Of a DNA stretch of 60,099 nt, positions 31,294 through 41,107 are shown piece by piece. Both the position numbers and the translations under genes were made by a program. The notes under the pieces were generated by a model. It made no database searches. It was not told the origin of the DNA and saw nothing but the letters and a program-made list of their open reading frames with translations. Within the stretch, counting starts at the first letter, position 1; each line of letters starts with the position of its first letter. Source of the stretch: Promethearchaeota archaeon (GTDB taxonomy: Archaea; Asgardarchaeota; Lokiarchaeia; Sigyniarchaeales; SOKP01); contig JBHLON010000022.1 in NCBI GenBank assembly GCA_048940445.1, positions 1 through 60,099 on the forward strand. Direction: 5' to 3'.

Positions 31294-32037
31294 CTAAAAC
31301 TGTTTAATAATCTTTCCATCCTCAAATGAAATTATGCTATCTGCAAGTTCAATTAAGTAATCATCGTGGCTAACTATTATAACAGTTTTTCCAGAATTCT
31401 TCATATCTTTAAAAAGATCCCTAATAAATAAACTTGTATTTTGATCCAAATTTGCAGTTGGCTCATCTGCTAAAATAATAGGAGGATCATTCGCTAATGC
31501 ACGAGCTATAGCTACTCTTTGTTGCTCTCCTGCTGAAAGTTGGAATGGGAGATGTTCTCTTCTCTCAGCTAATCCGATTTTCTTTAGAAGGTCAATTGCT
31601 CTTTCTCTTTGCTCTCTAAGACTCATACCTGCTAGATCCATTGGAAACATTACATTTTCCTCTGCAGTTAGTGTGCTGATAAGGTTGTAATTCTGAAATA
31701 TAAAACCTGAATTTATTAATCTAAAAGTAGCCAAAGTTTCTTCTTCCATATCAGTAATATTTACTCCACTATTATAAACAGTTCCAGAATCTGGAGAATC
31801 TAAACCACCAATTAGATTTAAAAGAGTAGTTTTACCCGCACCGGAAGGTCCTTTTATTATAATAAGAGCATTTTCTTTTATATCTAAAGACACATCGTCT
31901 ACAGCTCTAACAACAAAATCACCTATTTCATAATCTTTTATCAGATTTGAGGTTTTAATGATGATCTCATCATTTAATTTTTGTATAGCATTCTTCTCTT
32001 TAAATTCTCGATTATTGGACACTAAATCTTCTTCCAT
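31294..32037 (-). CDS. LolD/MacB-type ABC ATPase
   Basis: GPSGAGKT, LSAGEQQR, ADEPTANLD. Confidence 0.93.
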   Translation of the reverse strand: MEEDLVSNNREFKEKNAIQKLNDEIIIKTSNLIKDYEIGDFVVRAVDDVSLDIKENALIIIKGPSGAGKTTLLNLIGGLDSPDSGTVYNSGVNITDMEEETLATFRLINSGFIFQNYNLISTLTAEENVMFPMDLAGMSLREQRERAIDLLKKIGLAERREHLPFQLSAGEQQRVAIARALANDPPIILADEPTANLDQNTSLFIRDLFKDMKNSGKTVIIVSHDDYLIELADSIISFEDGKIIKQF

Positions 32038-32157
32038 AATTATTTTGTTTATTTGTCATTTACAGCTATTTCTTTAATAATTTATAGCCCTTTAAAATGT
32101 TAATTGAATGATCCTAAATACGCTTTAATATTTTGATTTAATTAAGTTAAAAAGTTT

Positions 32158-32330
32158 AAAAAAAGAGAAGAGGGAAATCGGGAGTAGGAAACCTCCGAAG
32201 AGGTCAAGTTTGGGATAAAACTTCAATTAGTTACCATGTAATTCATTTGGCGAAGCGCCCCAAAGCTAATGTTTAATTAGGAAATTAGGGGATATTATAT
32301 ATTTTTTACTCGCCGAAGATCCCTCTAATG
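32158..32330 (-). ncRNA. Candidate ~170-nt structured non-coding RNA of unknown family
   Basis: 5' AGAGGGA..UCGG.GAGUA pairs with 3' UACUC.CCGA..UCCCUCU; internal ACCUC-UUCG-GAGGU hairpin; TATA box upstream and T-run downstream. Confidence 0.6.
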
Positions 32331-32349
32331 ATAAAATATGAAAAGGTGA

Positions 32350-32357
32350 TATATAAA
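32350..32357 (-). promoter_or_regulatory. TATA box (TTTATATA) with purine-rich BRE-like sequence for the candidate ncRNA
   Basis: Minus strand reads AAAAGTTAAAG-TTTATATA about 24 nt before the closing stem. Confidence 0.55.
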
Positions 32358-32541
32358 CTTTAACTTTTGAATTAGATGGGATTTTATAATTTTAACCATA
32401 AAATAAGCCATTTTATTACACTCTTCACTTTATTAATATTTCACATCATTGTCAAGTTTTAGATTTTTGTTAAAATTTAAACATTACTAAGGTTTTTAAT
32501 ATTTAAGGTATATAATTATTCAAGATTAACAGAATTAGGGA

Positions 32542-33186
32542 GTGCCTATTATGGATTTTGAGAAGTTAACTGAGCTAATTATCGAATTAGAAGTCGATGA
32601 TATTGCAAATGCTGTTAAGGAAGCTTTAGATATAGATGCTAAAGATCCCTTTGACATATTAAATGCACTGACTAAGGGTATGGATGAAGTAGGTCGAAGA
32701 TATGAGAATAAGGAGTATTATCTAACAGAATTAGTTTTAGCTGGAGAGACAATGAAAGAAGCGTTTAAGATTTTGCAACCAGCATTAGCTGCTACCGATA
32801 AATCAAGGGAGAAAGTTAAAGTAATACTAGCAACTGTTAAGGGTGATAATCACGATATTGGAAAGAATATATTAGCTTCACTACTATTGAGTTCTGGTTT
32901 TGAAATCGTTGATTTAGGTATGGATGTTGATGAGAATATAATAGTACAGAAGGTGAGAGAAACAGGTGCAACAATAGTAGGATTAAGTACACTTCTAACA
33001 ATGACCGTAGATCAAATTAAAGCCGTTCATGAAGCTTTACTAGGAGCAGGACTAAGAGATAAAGTCAAACTTATAGTTGGTGGAGCTCCATTAAATATGG
33101 AACTTGCAAAAAAATTAGGTGCAGATGATTTTGCTGACGATGCCGTATCTGGGGTAAAACACATCAAAGAATTGGCTGGTATGTAG
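32542..33186 (+). CDS. Methyltransferase cognate corrinoid (B12-binding) protein
   Basis: GDNHDIGKN, LGMDV, GLSTL, VGGAP. Confidence 0.93.
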   Translation: MPIMDFEKLTELIIELEVDDIANAVKEALDIDAKDPFDILNALTKGMDEVGRRYENKEYYLTELVLAGETMKEAFKILQPALAATDKSREKVKVILATVKGDNHDIGKNILASLLLSSGFEIVDLGMDVDENIIVQKVRETGATIVGLSTLLTMTVDQIKAVHEALLGAGLRDKVKLIVGGAPLNMELAKKLGADDFADDAVSGVKHIKELAGM

Positions 33187-33386
33187 AATCTTTTGTTAGA
33201 TTCTTTTTTTAAATATTTTTATGGAAGAAAATAGAAAATTTATAATTTATAAAGGCATTTTAGTGAAAACATTAATTTCTGTTTATTCATGCTACTCTTT
33301 TCCACTAAAATATAATGTGAATATTTAATTCTCTTTTGCATTGTTTATATATTGAATTTGAAATTAATAAAATAGGTGTATATTAG

Positions 33387-33629
33387 ATGTCTAAAGAAAT
33401 CAAGTATGACCGTGAATTAGATACTCGAGGTTTATATTGCCCTGAACCTCTATTTGAAGTTAGAAATTTTTCAGAATCTCTTGAAGTGGGACAGTGTTTT
33501 AAAGTATTGGCAGATGATCCAGCGGCAGAAGAAGATTTAAAACGATGGGCAAAAAGAACTGACACAGAATTAGTTGAATTTTATAAGGATGGAGAGGATT
33601 TGATTTTTTATTTTAAGAAAAAAAAGTAG
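33387..33629 (+). CDS. tusA: TusA-family sulfurtransferase
   Basis: LDTRGLYCPEP, ADDPAAEED. Confidence 0.9.
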   Translation: MSKEIKYDRELDTRGLYCPEPLFEVRNFSESLEVGQCFKVLADDPAAEEDLKRWAKRTDTELVEFYKDGEDLIFYFKKKK

Positions 33630-33640
33630 GAGGAAAAAAT

Positions 33641-34000
33641 ATGGAAGAAAAACAAATATTATATGTACAGACAACAGATGCCCCTGAAAGGCAATATTCA
33701 CCGTTGGTTTTGGCACAATCTGCTAAGGCAATGGATATTAAACCGACATTATACTATTTGGGTATGGGGTTGAAAATTTTAAAACCAGGAGTTGCAGAGA
33801 TGATAAAACTAGGAGCTTTTCCAACTGTAAAAGAAATGATTGATAAAACGCTAGAAATGGGTATAGAAATTTTAGTTTGTGAAGCTTCAAAAAGAATGTT
33901 AGGATGGGAAAAAGTCGACTTAATTCCAGGAGTGAAAATAGTTGGAGCAGCAACTTTAAACGATTTAGTACTTGAAGTAGATGCCACTCAGTGGTTTTAA
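33641..34000 (+). CDS. DsrE/F-like protein
   Basis: VCEAS cysteine, IVGAATL; size and context. Confidence 0.8.
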   Translation: MEEKQILYVQTTDAPERQYSPLVLAQSAKAMDIKPTLYYLGMGLKILKPGVAEMIKLGAFPTVKEMIDKTLEMGIEILVCEASKRMLGWEKVDLIPGVKIVGAATLNDLVLEVDATQWF

Positions 34001-34058
34001 AAATAGTATAACTTTTAAGGTAATAAAGCATTATTAAAGATTCAAGAGGTTAATTAAT

Positions 34059-35252
34059 GTGAACATATATTTAGATAATCAAGCGGCAAGACCGGTAGAT
34101 GAACGAGTAGTTTCAGAAATGCTACCTTACTTTAGAGAAAAATTTGCTAATCCTGCTTCTTTACATCTTGATGGTGATATAGCAACTGACATTTTAGAAG
34201 AGTCAAGAAAAAAGGTTGCCGATTTTATAAATACTCCGGATGCATCTAATATTATATTTACTTCGGGTGCAACAGAATCAAATAATCTAGCTTTATTAGG
34301 TGCTGCGAACTTTTATAAGAGAAAAGGAAATCATATAATTATTTCTGAGATAGAACATATTTCGATTTTAAATATAGCTAAATATCTCGAAAAAGAAGGA
34401 TTTAAAGTAGATCGTGTTCCAGTTGATAGATTTGGAATAGTCAGAGTTGATAAGTTAGAGAAATTAATTAATGATTCTACGATTCTTATTTCGATTGCAA
34501 CTGCAAGTAATGAAGTTGGATCAATTCAACCAATTGAAGAAATCAGCAAAATTGCGCGGGAAAAAAATATTCTTTTCCATACTGATGCAGTACCTAGTAT
34601 AAGTGTTATTCCCATTGATGTAGAAAGGACTCCAATAGATTTAATTACTTTGAGTTCTAATGATATTTACGGTCCAAGAGGAGTTGGTGCATTATATCTC
34701 AGAAAAGGAGTCAGAGTTAATCCTATTATTATTGGAGGGGGTCAAGAAAGGGGTTTTCGCTCTGGATCCGAAAATATTCCTGGTATTGTGGGATTCGCTA
34801 AAGCAGCTGAGATAATGAAAAAGGAAATGCCTAAAGAGGTTATATTCTTAAAGAATTTGAGAGATAAGCTGATTGAAAGTGTTTTAAAAACAATTCCCAA
34901 ATCCTATTTAAATGGTCATCCAGAGAAAAGATTAGCTCATAATGCTCACTTTAGATTTGATTATATTGAAGGAGAATCATTAATATTAGAATTAAAAGGC
35001 CATAAAATTGCCGCTGCTACAGGTTCTGCATGTTCTTCAAAAACTTTAGAGCCATCTCATACTTTAATTGCAATGGGATTACTCCATGAGGAAGCTCATG
35101 GGAGCTTACTATTAACTTTAGGAAGAGATACGAAGGAATCAGATATTGATGAGTTAATTAAACACTTACCCGGAGCAGTCAATCGATTGAGAAAGATGTC
35201 TCCTTTAACTCCTCCTGAATTATTAAACCAAATTAAAGAGGTGAAATTTTAA
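34059..35252 (+). CDS. iscS: IscS/NifS-family protein with the PLP Lys replaced by Asp
   Basis: FTSGATESNN, EHIS, HTDA, SSNDIYGPRG, TGSACSS. Confidence 0.92.
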   Translation: MNIYLDNQAARPVDERVVSEMLPYFREKFANPASLHLDGDIATDILEESRKKVADFINTPDASNIIFTSGATESNNLALLGAANFYKRKGNHIIISEIEHISILNIAKYLEKEGFKVDRVPVDRFGIVRVDKLEKLINDSTILISIATASNEVGSIQPIEEISKIAREKNILFHTDAVPSISVIPIDVERTPIDLITLSSNDIYGPRGVGALYLRKGVRVNPIIIGGGQERGFRSGSENIPGIVGFAKAAEIMKKEMPKEVIFLKNLRDKLIESVLKTIPKSYLNGHPEKRLAHNAHFRFDYIEGESLILELKGHKIAAATGSACSSKTLEPSHTLIAMGLLHEEAHGSLLLTLGRDTKESDIDELIKHLPGAVNRLRKMSPLTPPELLNQIKEVKF

Positions 35253-35253
35253 A

Positions 35254-36048
35254 ATGAAATCGACTCAGTATTCAGAAAAAGTTTTAGAACATTTTAGAAA
35301 TCCAAGAAATGTTGGTGTAATTGAAAATCCAGATGGTTATGGAAAAGTAGGAAATCCAGTATGTGGAGATCTTATGGAAATCTTTATTAAAGTGAAAAAA
35401 GATGAGAATGGGGAAGATATTATAGATGATGTTAAATTTAGAACTTTTGGATGCGGCTCTGCTGTTGCTACATCTTCAATGGTTACAGAAATGGCTAAGG
35501 GAATGAAATTAGACGAAGCGTATAAAATTACAAGAACAGATATAGCTGATGAATTAGAAGGATTACCACCAATTAAGATGCATTGCTCAAATTTGGGTGC
35601 CGATGCCTTAAAAGCCGCTATAGATAATTATAGATTAGGAACTAGTTCTGAAGTTGAAGTTGCAGCTACTAGTTGTAGTGTACCTGATATAAAAATTATC
35701 CTTGGTTTAGAAGATTTTATAGGAAAGGGTGTTTATAGAGAGATAACTGACTTTTTCAAGTTCAAAGATAAAAGAGTTTTAGTAATGGATACAGGAGATA
35801 AGGCACTTGAACTCGCACTAGAATTGACAAAATATACTGGAAGAGTCATTGTAATAACTTCAGCCCAAAATACACCAGGTTCTGAAGCACTAAGGAAAAA
35901 GTTAAAACTTTCAGACATTAAAATACTCTATCAATCAGAACTACTTGAAGTAAAAGGAATTGATGAAGTAGAGAAGGTTATTATTCATGATCTAGATGAA
36001 AATGAGAATTATGAGCTTTTTATTGATGCTGTAATCTATCTGGAATAA
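35254..36048 (+). CDS. iscU: IscU/NifU scaffold fused to a thioredoxin-reductase-like dinucleotide-binding fragment
   Basis: HFRNPRNVG, CGD, FGCG, KMHC, then GKGVY..KRVLVM.GDKALELALEL. Confidence 0.88.
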   Translation: MKSTQYSEKVLEHFRNPRNVGVIENPDGYGKVGNPVCGDLMEIFIKVKKDENGEDIIDDVKFRTFGCGSAVATSSMVTEMAKGMKLDEAYKITRTDIADELEGLPPIKMHCSNLGADALKAAIDNYRLGTSSEVEVAATSCSVPDIKIILGLEDFIGKGVYREITDFFKFKDKRVLVMDTGDKALELALELTKYTGRVIVITSAQNTPGSEALRKKLKLSDIKILYQSELLEVKGIDEVEKVIIHDLDENENYELFIDAVIYLE

Positions 36049-36092
36049 ATTTTCTTTTATTTTTTTATTAACTACCATTAGAATTTGATTTA

Positions 36093-36674
36093 TTAGGATT
36101 TAAACCACTCATCTTTTAACATACCATAATAAAGTAGACCGATTCTGTTTCCATTTTTTTTAATAATATGTTCTCGGAGATGGCCTTCTTTTATGAATCC
36201 TAAACGTTCTGCCAATTTATAACTATTACGGTTATCGTCTCGGGTAATAATAATAATTTTATGGGCTTTCAAGCTTTTAAATAAAAATTGAATAGCTGCT
36301 TTAGCTGCTTCAGTTGCTAGTCCTTGTTTTTGAAGTGTACTTTCCACATACCACCCAAGCTCAAAAGAGGGGACTTCCCACTTGTTAGGTTCAATCCAGA
36401 TTTGCCCGATATAATTACCCGATGATTTCAACCACATATCTATTACAAATCTAGTTCTATTTATCCGAAAGGTTGATAATTCCTGTATATTCTTCTCAGC
36501 ATCTTCTTTTGTTTTAATATTTTCGAGTTCGTCTACAAATTCTTTCAGATATTTACGATTATTATTTCTTTCTAACATTTGGTATAGTTCCTTCCCATCT
36601 CCTTCCTCATATCTTCTTATCACTAATCTATTTGTTTCTAAATGTGAGGGTAAGATCAATGACATTTTATCCAT
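36093..36674 (-). CDS. RimJ/RimL-family GNAT N-acetyltransferase
   Basis: LETNRLVIR, ELGWY, QKQGLATEA, AERLGF..EG.LR. Confidence 0.9.
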   Translation of the reverse strand: MDKMSLILPSHLETNRLVIRRYEEGDGKELYQMLERNNNRKYLKEFVDELENIKTKEDAEKNIQELSTFRINRTRFVIDMWLKSSGNYIGQIWIEPNKWEVPSFELGWYVESTLQKQGLATEAAKAAIQFLFKSLKAHKIIIITRDDNRNSYKLAERLGFIKEGHLREHIIKKNGNRIGLLYYGMLKDEWFKS

Positions 36675-36849
36675 TATATCATCAATTTTGATTTTATGAA
36701 ATCTTATAGTTTTTAGATTATAAATCCTAATTAAAAAATTTTAGGATCTAATAGTTTGTTCTTTAGTTTCTAATATAGTTCATAATAAAGAATTTTATAT
36801 GACACATATGCCTTAAATAAGTAAGTTATGTAATAAATTTACACTACTT

Positions 36850-39252
36850 TTGAATGATGAAGATATGCGAAGAATTTTGATTATCGGAGGAGTTGCTGGA
36901 GGAGCTACGGCAGCTACTCGTTTAAGGAGATTAAGTGAAGATATAGAAATAATTATTTTAGAGAAAGGTCAATATGTTTCATTTGCTAACTGTGGCCTCC
37001 CCTATTATGTAGGAAATGTAATTAAAGAGCAAGAAAAACTAGAATTAGTAAGTCCAACAGAATTTTTTGACAGATTCAATATTGATGTTAGAATCAATCA
37101 TGAAGCTTTATCAATTAATAGAAAAGAAAAAACAGTTGTAATTAAAAATCATGAAATTAATAGACAATACACTTTAAATTATGATTTTTTAATACTTTCT
37201 CCTGGTTCATCACCGATAGTCCCACCATTTAAGGGACTCCACGAAGTGCCAACTTTTATACTTAAAACTATTCCAGATTCTGTGAAAATAAAGAGATTTG
37301 CTGAAGAAAACAATGTGAAACATGCAACTATTATTGGAGGCGGATATATAGGATTGGAAATGGCAGAAAACTTGAAGAAAAGAGGGATTAAGGTAAAGAT
37401 TGTTGAAATGCTTGATCAGGTGTTACCTCCTTTAGACAAAGAAATAGCTCAATTTGTACATCAAGAATTAATTTTAAATGGAGTATGCCTTCAGTTAGGC
37501 GATAAGGTTGATTCTTTTCAACATGATGTAAATAATGGTAATTATGTAATTCCTAAGAGTGGAAAGAAAATTAAAACGGATATGATTATATTATCGATTG
37601 GAGTAAAACCAGAAAATAAGCTCGCAAAGGATGCTGGTATTAATGTCGATCCAAAAGGATATATTATTGTAGATGATCATATGCGTAGTTCTGATCCATT
37701 CATTTATGCTGTTGGTGATGCTGTTCAAGTGAAACAATATCAAACTCGAGATCCTACATCAATTGCATTAGCGGGTCCGGCTAATAAACAAGGAAGAATT
37801 GCTGCAGATAATATTGCCGGTCGTGATTCTATATATAAGGGTGTTTTAGGTACCTCCGTATTGAAAGTATTTGACTTAGTAGTTTCTTTTGTTGGGTTAT
37901 CTGAAAAGCAATTAAAAAGTATGGCTATTCAATTTGAAAAAATTTACATACATCCGAATAACCACGCTGGGTATTATCCAGGAGCTATCCCTATTACCCT
38001 AAAACTGCTTTTTGAAATTCCAAGTGGTAGGATTTTGGGAGCTCAGGCAGTTGGAGGACCAGGTACTGAAAAACGTATTGATGTAATCTCTACAGTTATA
38101 AAATTTAACGGCACTGTATTTGATTTAGAAGAATTAGAATTAACATATGCACCTCCATTTGGTTCTGCAAAAGATCCGGTCAATATGGCAGGTTTTGTTG
38201 CATCAAATGTTATAAGAGGCGATCATCCAATATGGCACTGGGATGAACTCCCAGATATAGTAGAAAATAATAGCTTTATTCTTGATGTAAGAACTCCAGA
38301 TGAATTTGCTGTTGGAAGTATGCAAAATGCAATTAATATTAATGATCTAGAATTAAGAAATAGGTTAAAAGAGATACCGAAAGATAAAACCATTTATGTT
38401 TTCTGTGAAGTTGGATATAGAGGTTATACTGCATCAAGATTATTATTACAAGAAGGCTTCAATGTTTACAATCTTACTGGAGGTTATAAACTGTATAAAA
38501 CTGCTAGTGCAACTACTCAAGAACTTGCTGAGGCTTGTGGGCCTCCAGATGAAGTCATAGAAGAGATGATAGAGGGGAAGGTAATTGAAACTGATGGGTT
38601 TATTGAGCTAGATGCTTGTGGTTTATCATGTCCAGGCCCTTTGAATGCTCTTATAAAAGGATTAGAGACATTACCTGAAGGTAAAGAGCTTAAGATTTAT
38701 GCTACAGACCCAGGGTTCAAATCTAGCATAGAAGCTTATGTAAGACTTAATGAAAATGTAAAGCTGTTAAAGTTGGGTAAGGAAGAAGGTAAATTAGTAG
38801 CAATTTTAGAAAAAGGAAAATTAGAAACTGAGGAACTTAAAGCCCCTATTAAAACTCCGAAAAGATCAAGAGCAGAACTAAGAGGTCCAAATGCCTCCCC
38901 ATTATCAGAAATTACTGCAGATGAACTTTTTCAACGATTTGATACAGATAATTACCCTGCATTAGTTATAGATGTACGTACACCACAAGAATACAACGGA
39001 TTGAAAGGGCATATCAAAGATACTAAGTTAATACCCTTAGGAGAATTAATAAACAATATACATATATTGAATGAATATAAAGACAAGGAAATTGTAGTAT
39101 TGTGTGAAGCTGGAGGTCGATCGATGATGGCGGCTCAACTATTAGTAAGAGCAGGATTCAAAGATGTACGAAATTTAATTGGTGGAATGGCAATTTGGCA
39201 TAGAAAAGGGTATCCCGTTGAGGATAATAAAGAATTTACTAATTATTTTTAA
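36850..39252 (+). CDS. CoA-disulfide/persulfide reductase fused to rhodanese, TusA and a second rhodanese domain
   Basis: GGVAGG, SFANCGLPY, YAPP; CEVGYR; LDACGLSCPGP; CEAGGRS. Confidence 0.9.
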   Translation: MNDEDMRRILIIGGVAGGATAATRLRRLSEDIEIIILEKGQYVSFANCGLPYYVGNVIKEQEKLELVSPTEFFDRFNIDVRINHEALSINRKEKTVVIKNHEINRQYTLNYDFLILSPGSSPIVPPFKGLHEVPTFILKTIPDSVKIKRFAEENNVKHATIIGGGYIGLEMAENLKKRGIKVKIVEMLDQVLPPLDKEIAQFVHQELILNGVCLQLGDKVDSFQHDVNNGNYVIPKSGKKIKTDMIILSIGVKPENKLAKDAGINVDPKGYIIVDDHMRSSDPFIYAVGDAVQVKQYQTRDPTSIALAGPANKQGRIAADNIAGRDSIYKGVLGTSVLKVFDLVVSFVGLSEKQLKSMAIQFEKIYIHPNNHAGYYPGAIPITLKLLFEIPSGRILGAQAVGGPGTEKRIDVISTVIKFNGTVFDLEELELTYAPPFGSAKDPVNMAGFVASNVIRGDHPIWHWDELPDIVENNSFILDVRTPDEFAVGSMQNAININDLELRNRLKEIPKDKTIYVFCEVGYRGYTASRLLLQEGFNVYNLTGGYKLYKTASATTQELAEACGPPDEVIEEMIEGKVIETDGFIELDACGLSCPGPLNALIKGLETLPEGKELKIYATDPGFKSSIEAYVRLNENVKLLKLGKEEGKLVAILEKGKLETEELKAPIKTPKRSRAELRGPNASPLSEITADELFQRFDTDNYPALVIDVRTPQEYNGLKGHIKDTKLIPLGELINNIHILNEYKDKEIVVLCEAGGRSMMAAQLLVRAGFKDVRNLIGGMAIWHRKGYPVEDNKEFTNYF

Positions 39253-39730
39253 ATATTATTAATTAATCAGAAACAACTTCTTGAATTGAGGTTGGATTAA
39301 AATCTGAAAAGAATCTATATGTCTCTTCTTGTGTCTCAAACCAATTCATTCTCTACTCGTAAGGATTAATTACATCGTTATCCTCTATAATTATATCATA
39401 TATTTTAAGCAAGAGATAAATATGTCTATTTCCTACATTAATTTATTGCTGACTTGAACTCTATTATATTTACTATTTTTACCTTTTCCTTTGTTTTAGT
39501 TAACAATTATTTATGATTTGGTATCACGTGGCGTAGCAAGTCTGAAATCACAATAATTTCAAAGCATTTTCAACTCTAAAACTTTTATTCTAATAAATTT
39601 TTTCAAGCTTTTCTGGTTGAGTTTTTCATAAATATACCTTTAGATTATAAGTAAAAAAGTTAAAATGAATCGAATAATAATAGATTCAACTATTGTCAAT
39701 TCAAAATTACAAGATAAAGAGGGTAAAAGT

Positions 39731-40321
39731 ATGAAAGAAACTGCTAAAAAATTATATACTGCCTATGTTGGTGAGTCTCAAGCGCGAAATAGGTATACAT
39801 TTTTCTCAAAAATTGCTAAGAAGGACGGATACGTATTAGTATCGAAAATTTTTGAGGAAACTGCCAATCAAGAGCTTCAGCATGGGACGTGGTATTACAA
39901 AATGCTTCAGGAATTCAAAAAGGAAGAAAATTTTGATGAAATGAAAGTATTACCTGATGCTGAATTTCCAACAACCTACAGTAACACGATTGATAATCTA
40001 AAGTCTGCGATAGCAGGTGAAAATATGGAATGGCAAACATTATATCCAGATATTGTTGAAACTGCTGAAAAAGAAGGATATCCTCATATTGCTCAAAGAG
40101 TCAGCGGAATTATCCGAGCTGAAAAACATCATGCGGAACGATATGGTAAACTTCTTAAATTAGTTGGAGATGATGCGTTCTTTAAACGTGGTCAAAAGAT
40201 TATTTGGGTTTGCTTAGAGTGTGGATATGAAATTGAGATGGATCATTTGCCAGAAGACTTTAAATGTCCATCATGTGATCATCCAAGAGCCTACTTTAGA
40301 AAAAAGTGTGAAGAATTCTAA
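39731..40321 (+). CDS. rbr: Rubrerythrin
   Basis: GESQARNRY, ELQH, AEKHH, C-terminal CLECG/CPSC; ATG at 39731 preferred. Confidence 0.95.
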   Translation: MKETAKKLYTAYVGESQARNRYTFFSKIAKKDGYVLVSKIFEETANQELQHGTWYYKMLQEFKKEENFDEMKVLPDAEFPTTYSNTIDNLKSAIAGENMEWQTLYPDIVETAEKEGYPHIAQRVSGIIRAEKHHAERYGKLLKLVGDDAFFKRGQKIIWVCLECGYEIEMDHLPEDFKCPSCDHPRAYFRKKCEEF

Positions 40322-40381
40322 AACTAATTCTTCAATTTAATTGAAAAAACAAAATATTAAAGTTCTGAAAGTGAAATTTCT

Positions 40382-40783
40382 ATGAAAAGGAAAGATATTT
40401 TTAAATGTAATGTGTGTGGAAAGATTATTGAAATTCTTAATCCTGGTGTTCCTGATAATACAGAATCAGTATGCTGCGGAGAACCTATGAAATTAATGAC
40501 TCCACAATGGAAAGAATGGAAGACTGAAAAACATGTGCCAAAGATTACTATTGAAGGAAATAAGGTTATGGTTGATGTTGGAATTTCAATGGGTACCCCT
40601 CATCCAATGACTAAAGAGCATTGGATAATGTGGATTGAAATTATCTGCAAAAATGGATGTTATGAAAGGCGATTTTTGAATCCGGGGGATGAACCTAAAG
40701 CTACTTTTACTGTAGCTAAACCAGAAGGGTTGATTGCTAGAGAATATTGCAACATTCACGGATTATGGATTTCTGAAAAATAA
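40382..40783 (+). CDS. dfx: Desulfoferrodoxin (2Fe superoxide reductase)
   Basis: CNVCG, CCG, EKHVP, HPM..EH.I.WI, YCNIHGLW. Confidence 0.95.
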   Translation: MKRKDIFKCNVCGKIIEILNPGVPDNTESVCCGEPMKLMTPQWKEWKTEKHVPKITIEGNKVMVDVGISMGTPHPMTKEHWIMWIEIICKNGCYERRFLNPGDEPKATFTVAKPEGLIAREYCNIHGLWISEK

Positions 40784-41107
40784 AACGATTTTAAATTTTC
40801 TTTTTTTTAGTTTTTATAATTTCAAAATAATATCAGTCAATTAGTAATAATTTTAAAAATTTTCAAGATAAAAGAGTTACAGAAAATTTATTCAGAGCTT
40901 AATTCAAGAAATTGTTCATTTTACGACAAGACAATAAATATATATCAATATAGTAAATATTATACCTATTTAAAAATTGGAGAATTAAAATCTATTTGGT
41001 TGGATCAAAATTCTAAGATATTTTGCGATAAAATATGCTTGAGAAATTATTATTATCTCAATGAAATCTCTTCATCAAAATTAAAAAAAATTTGAAACTA
41101 TAGTTGT

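Noticed and set aside
32165-32330. Cobalamin riboswitch upstream of the corrinoid protein
   Set aside because: Only AGGGAA matches; no B12 box or GCCACUG, and the promoter, UUCG loop and T-run favour the opposite strand
39260-39620. Minus-strand frame with in-frame TAG as pyrrolysine readthrough
   Set aside because: Multiple other stops and no recognisable family; more likely a decayed gene or non-coding DNA
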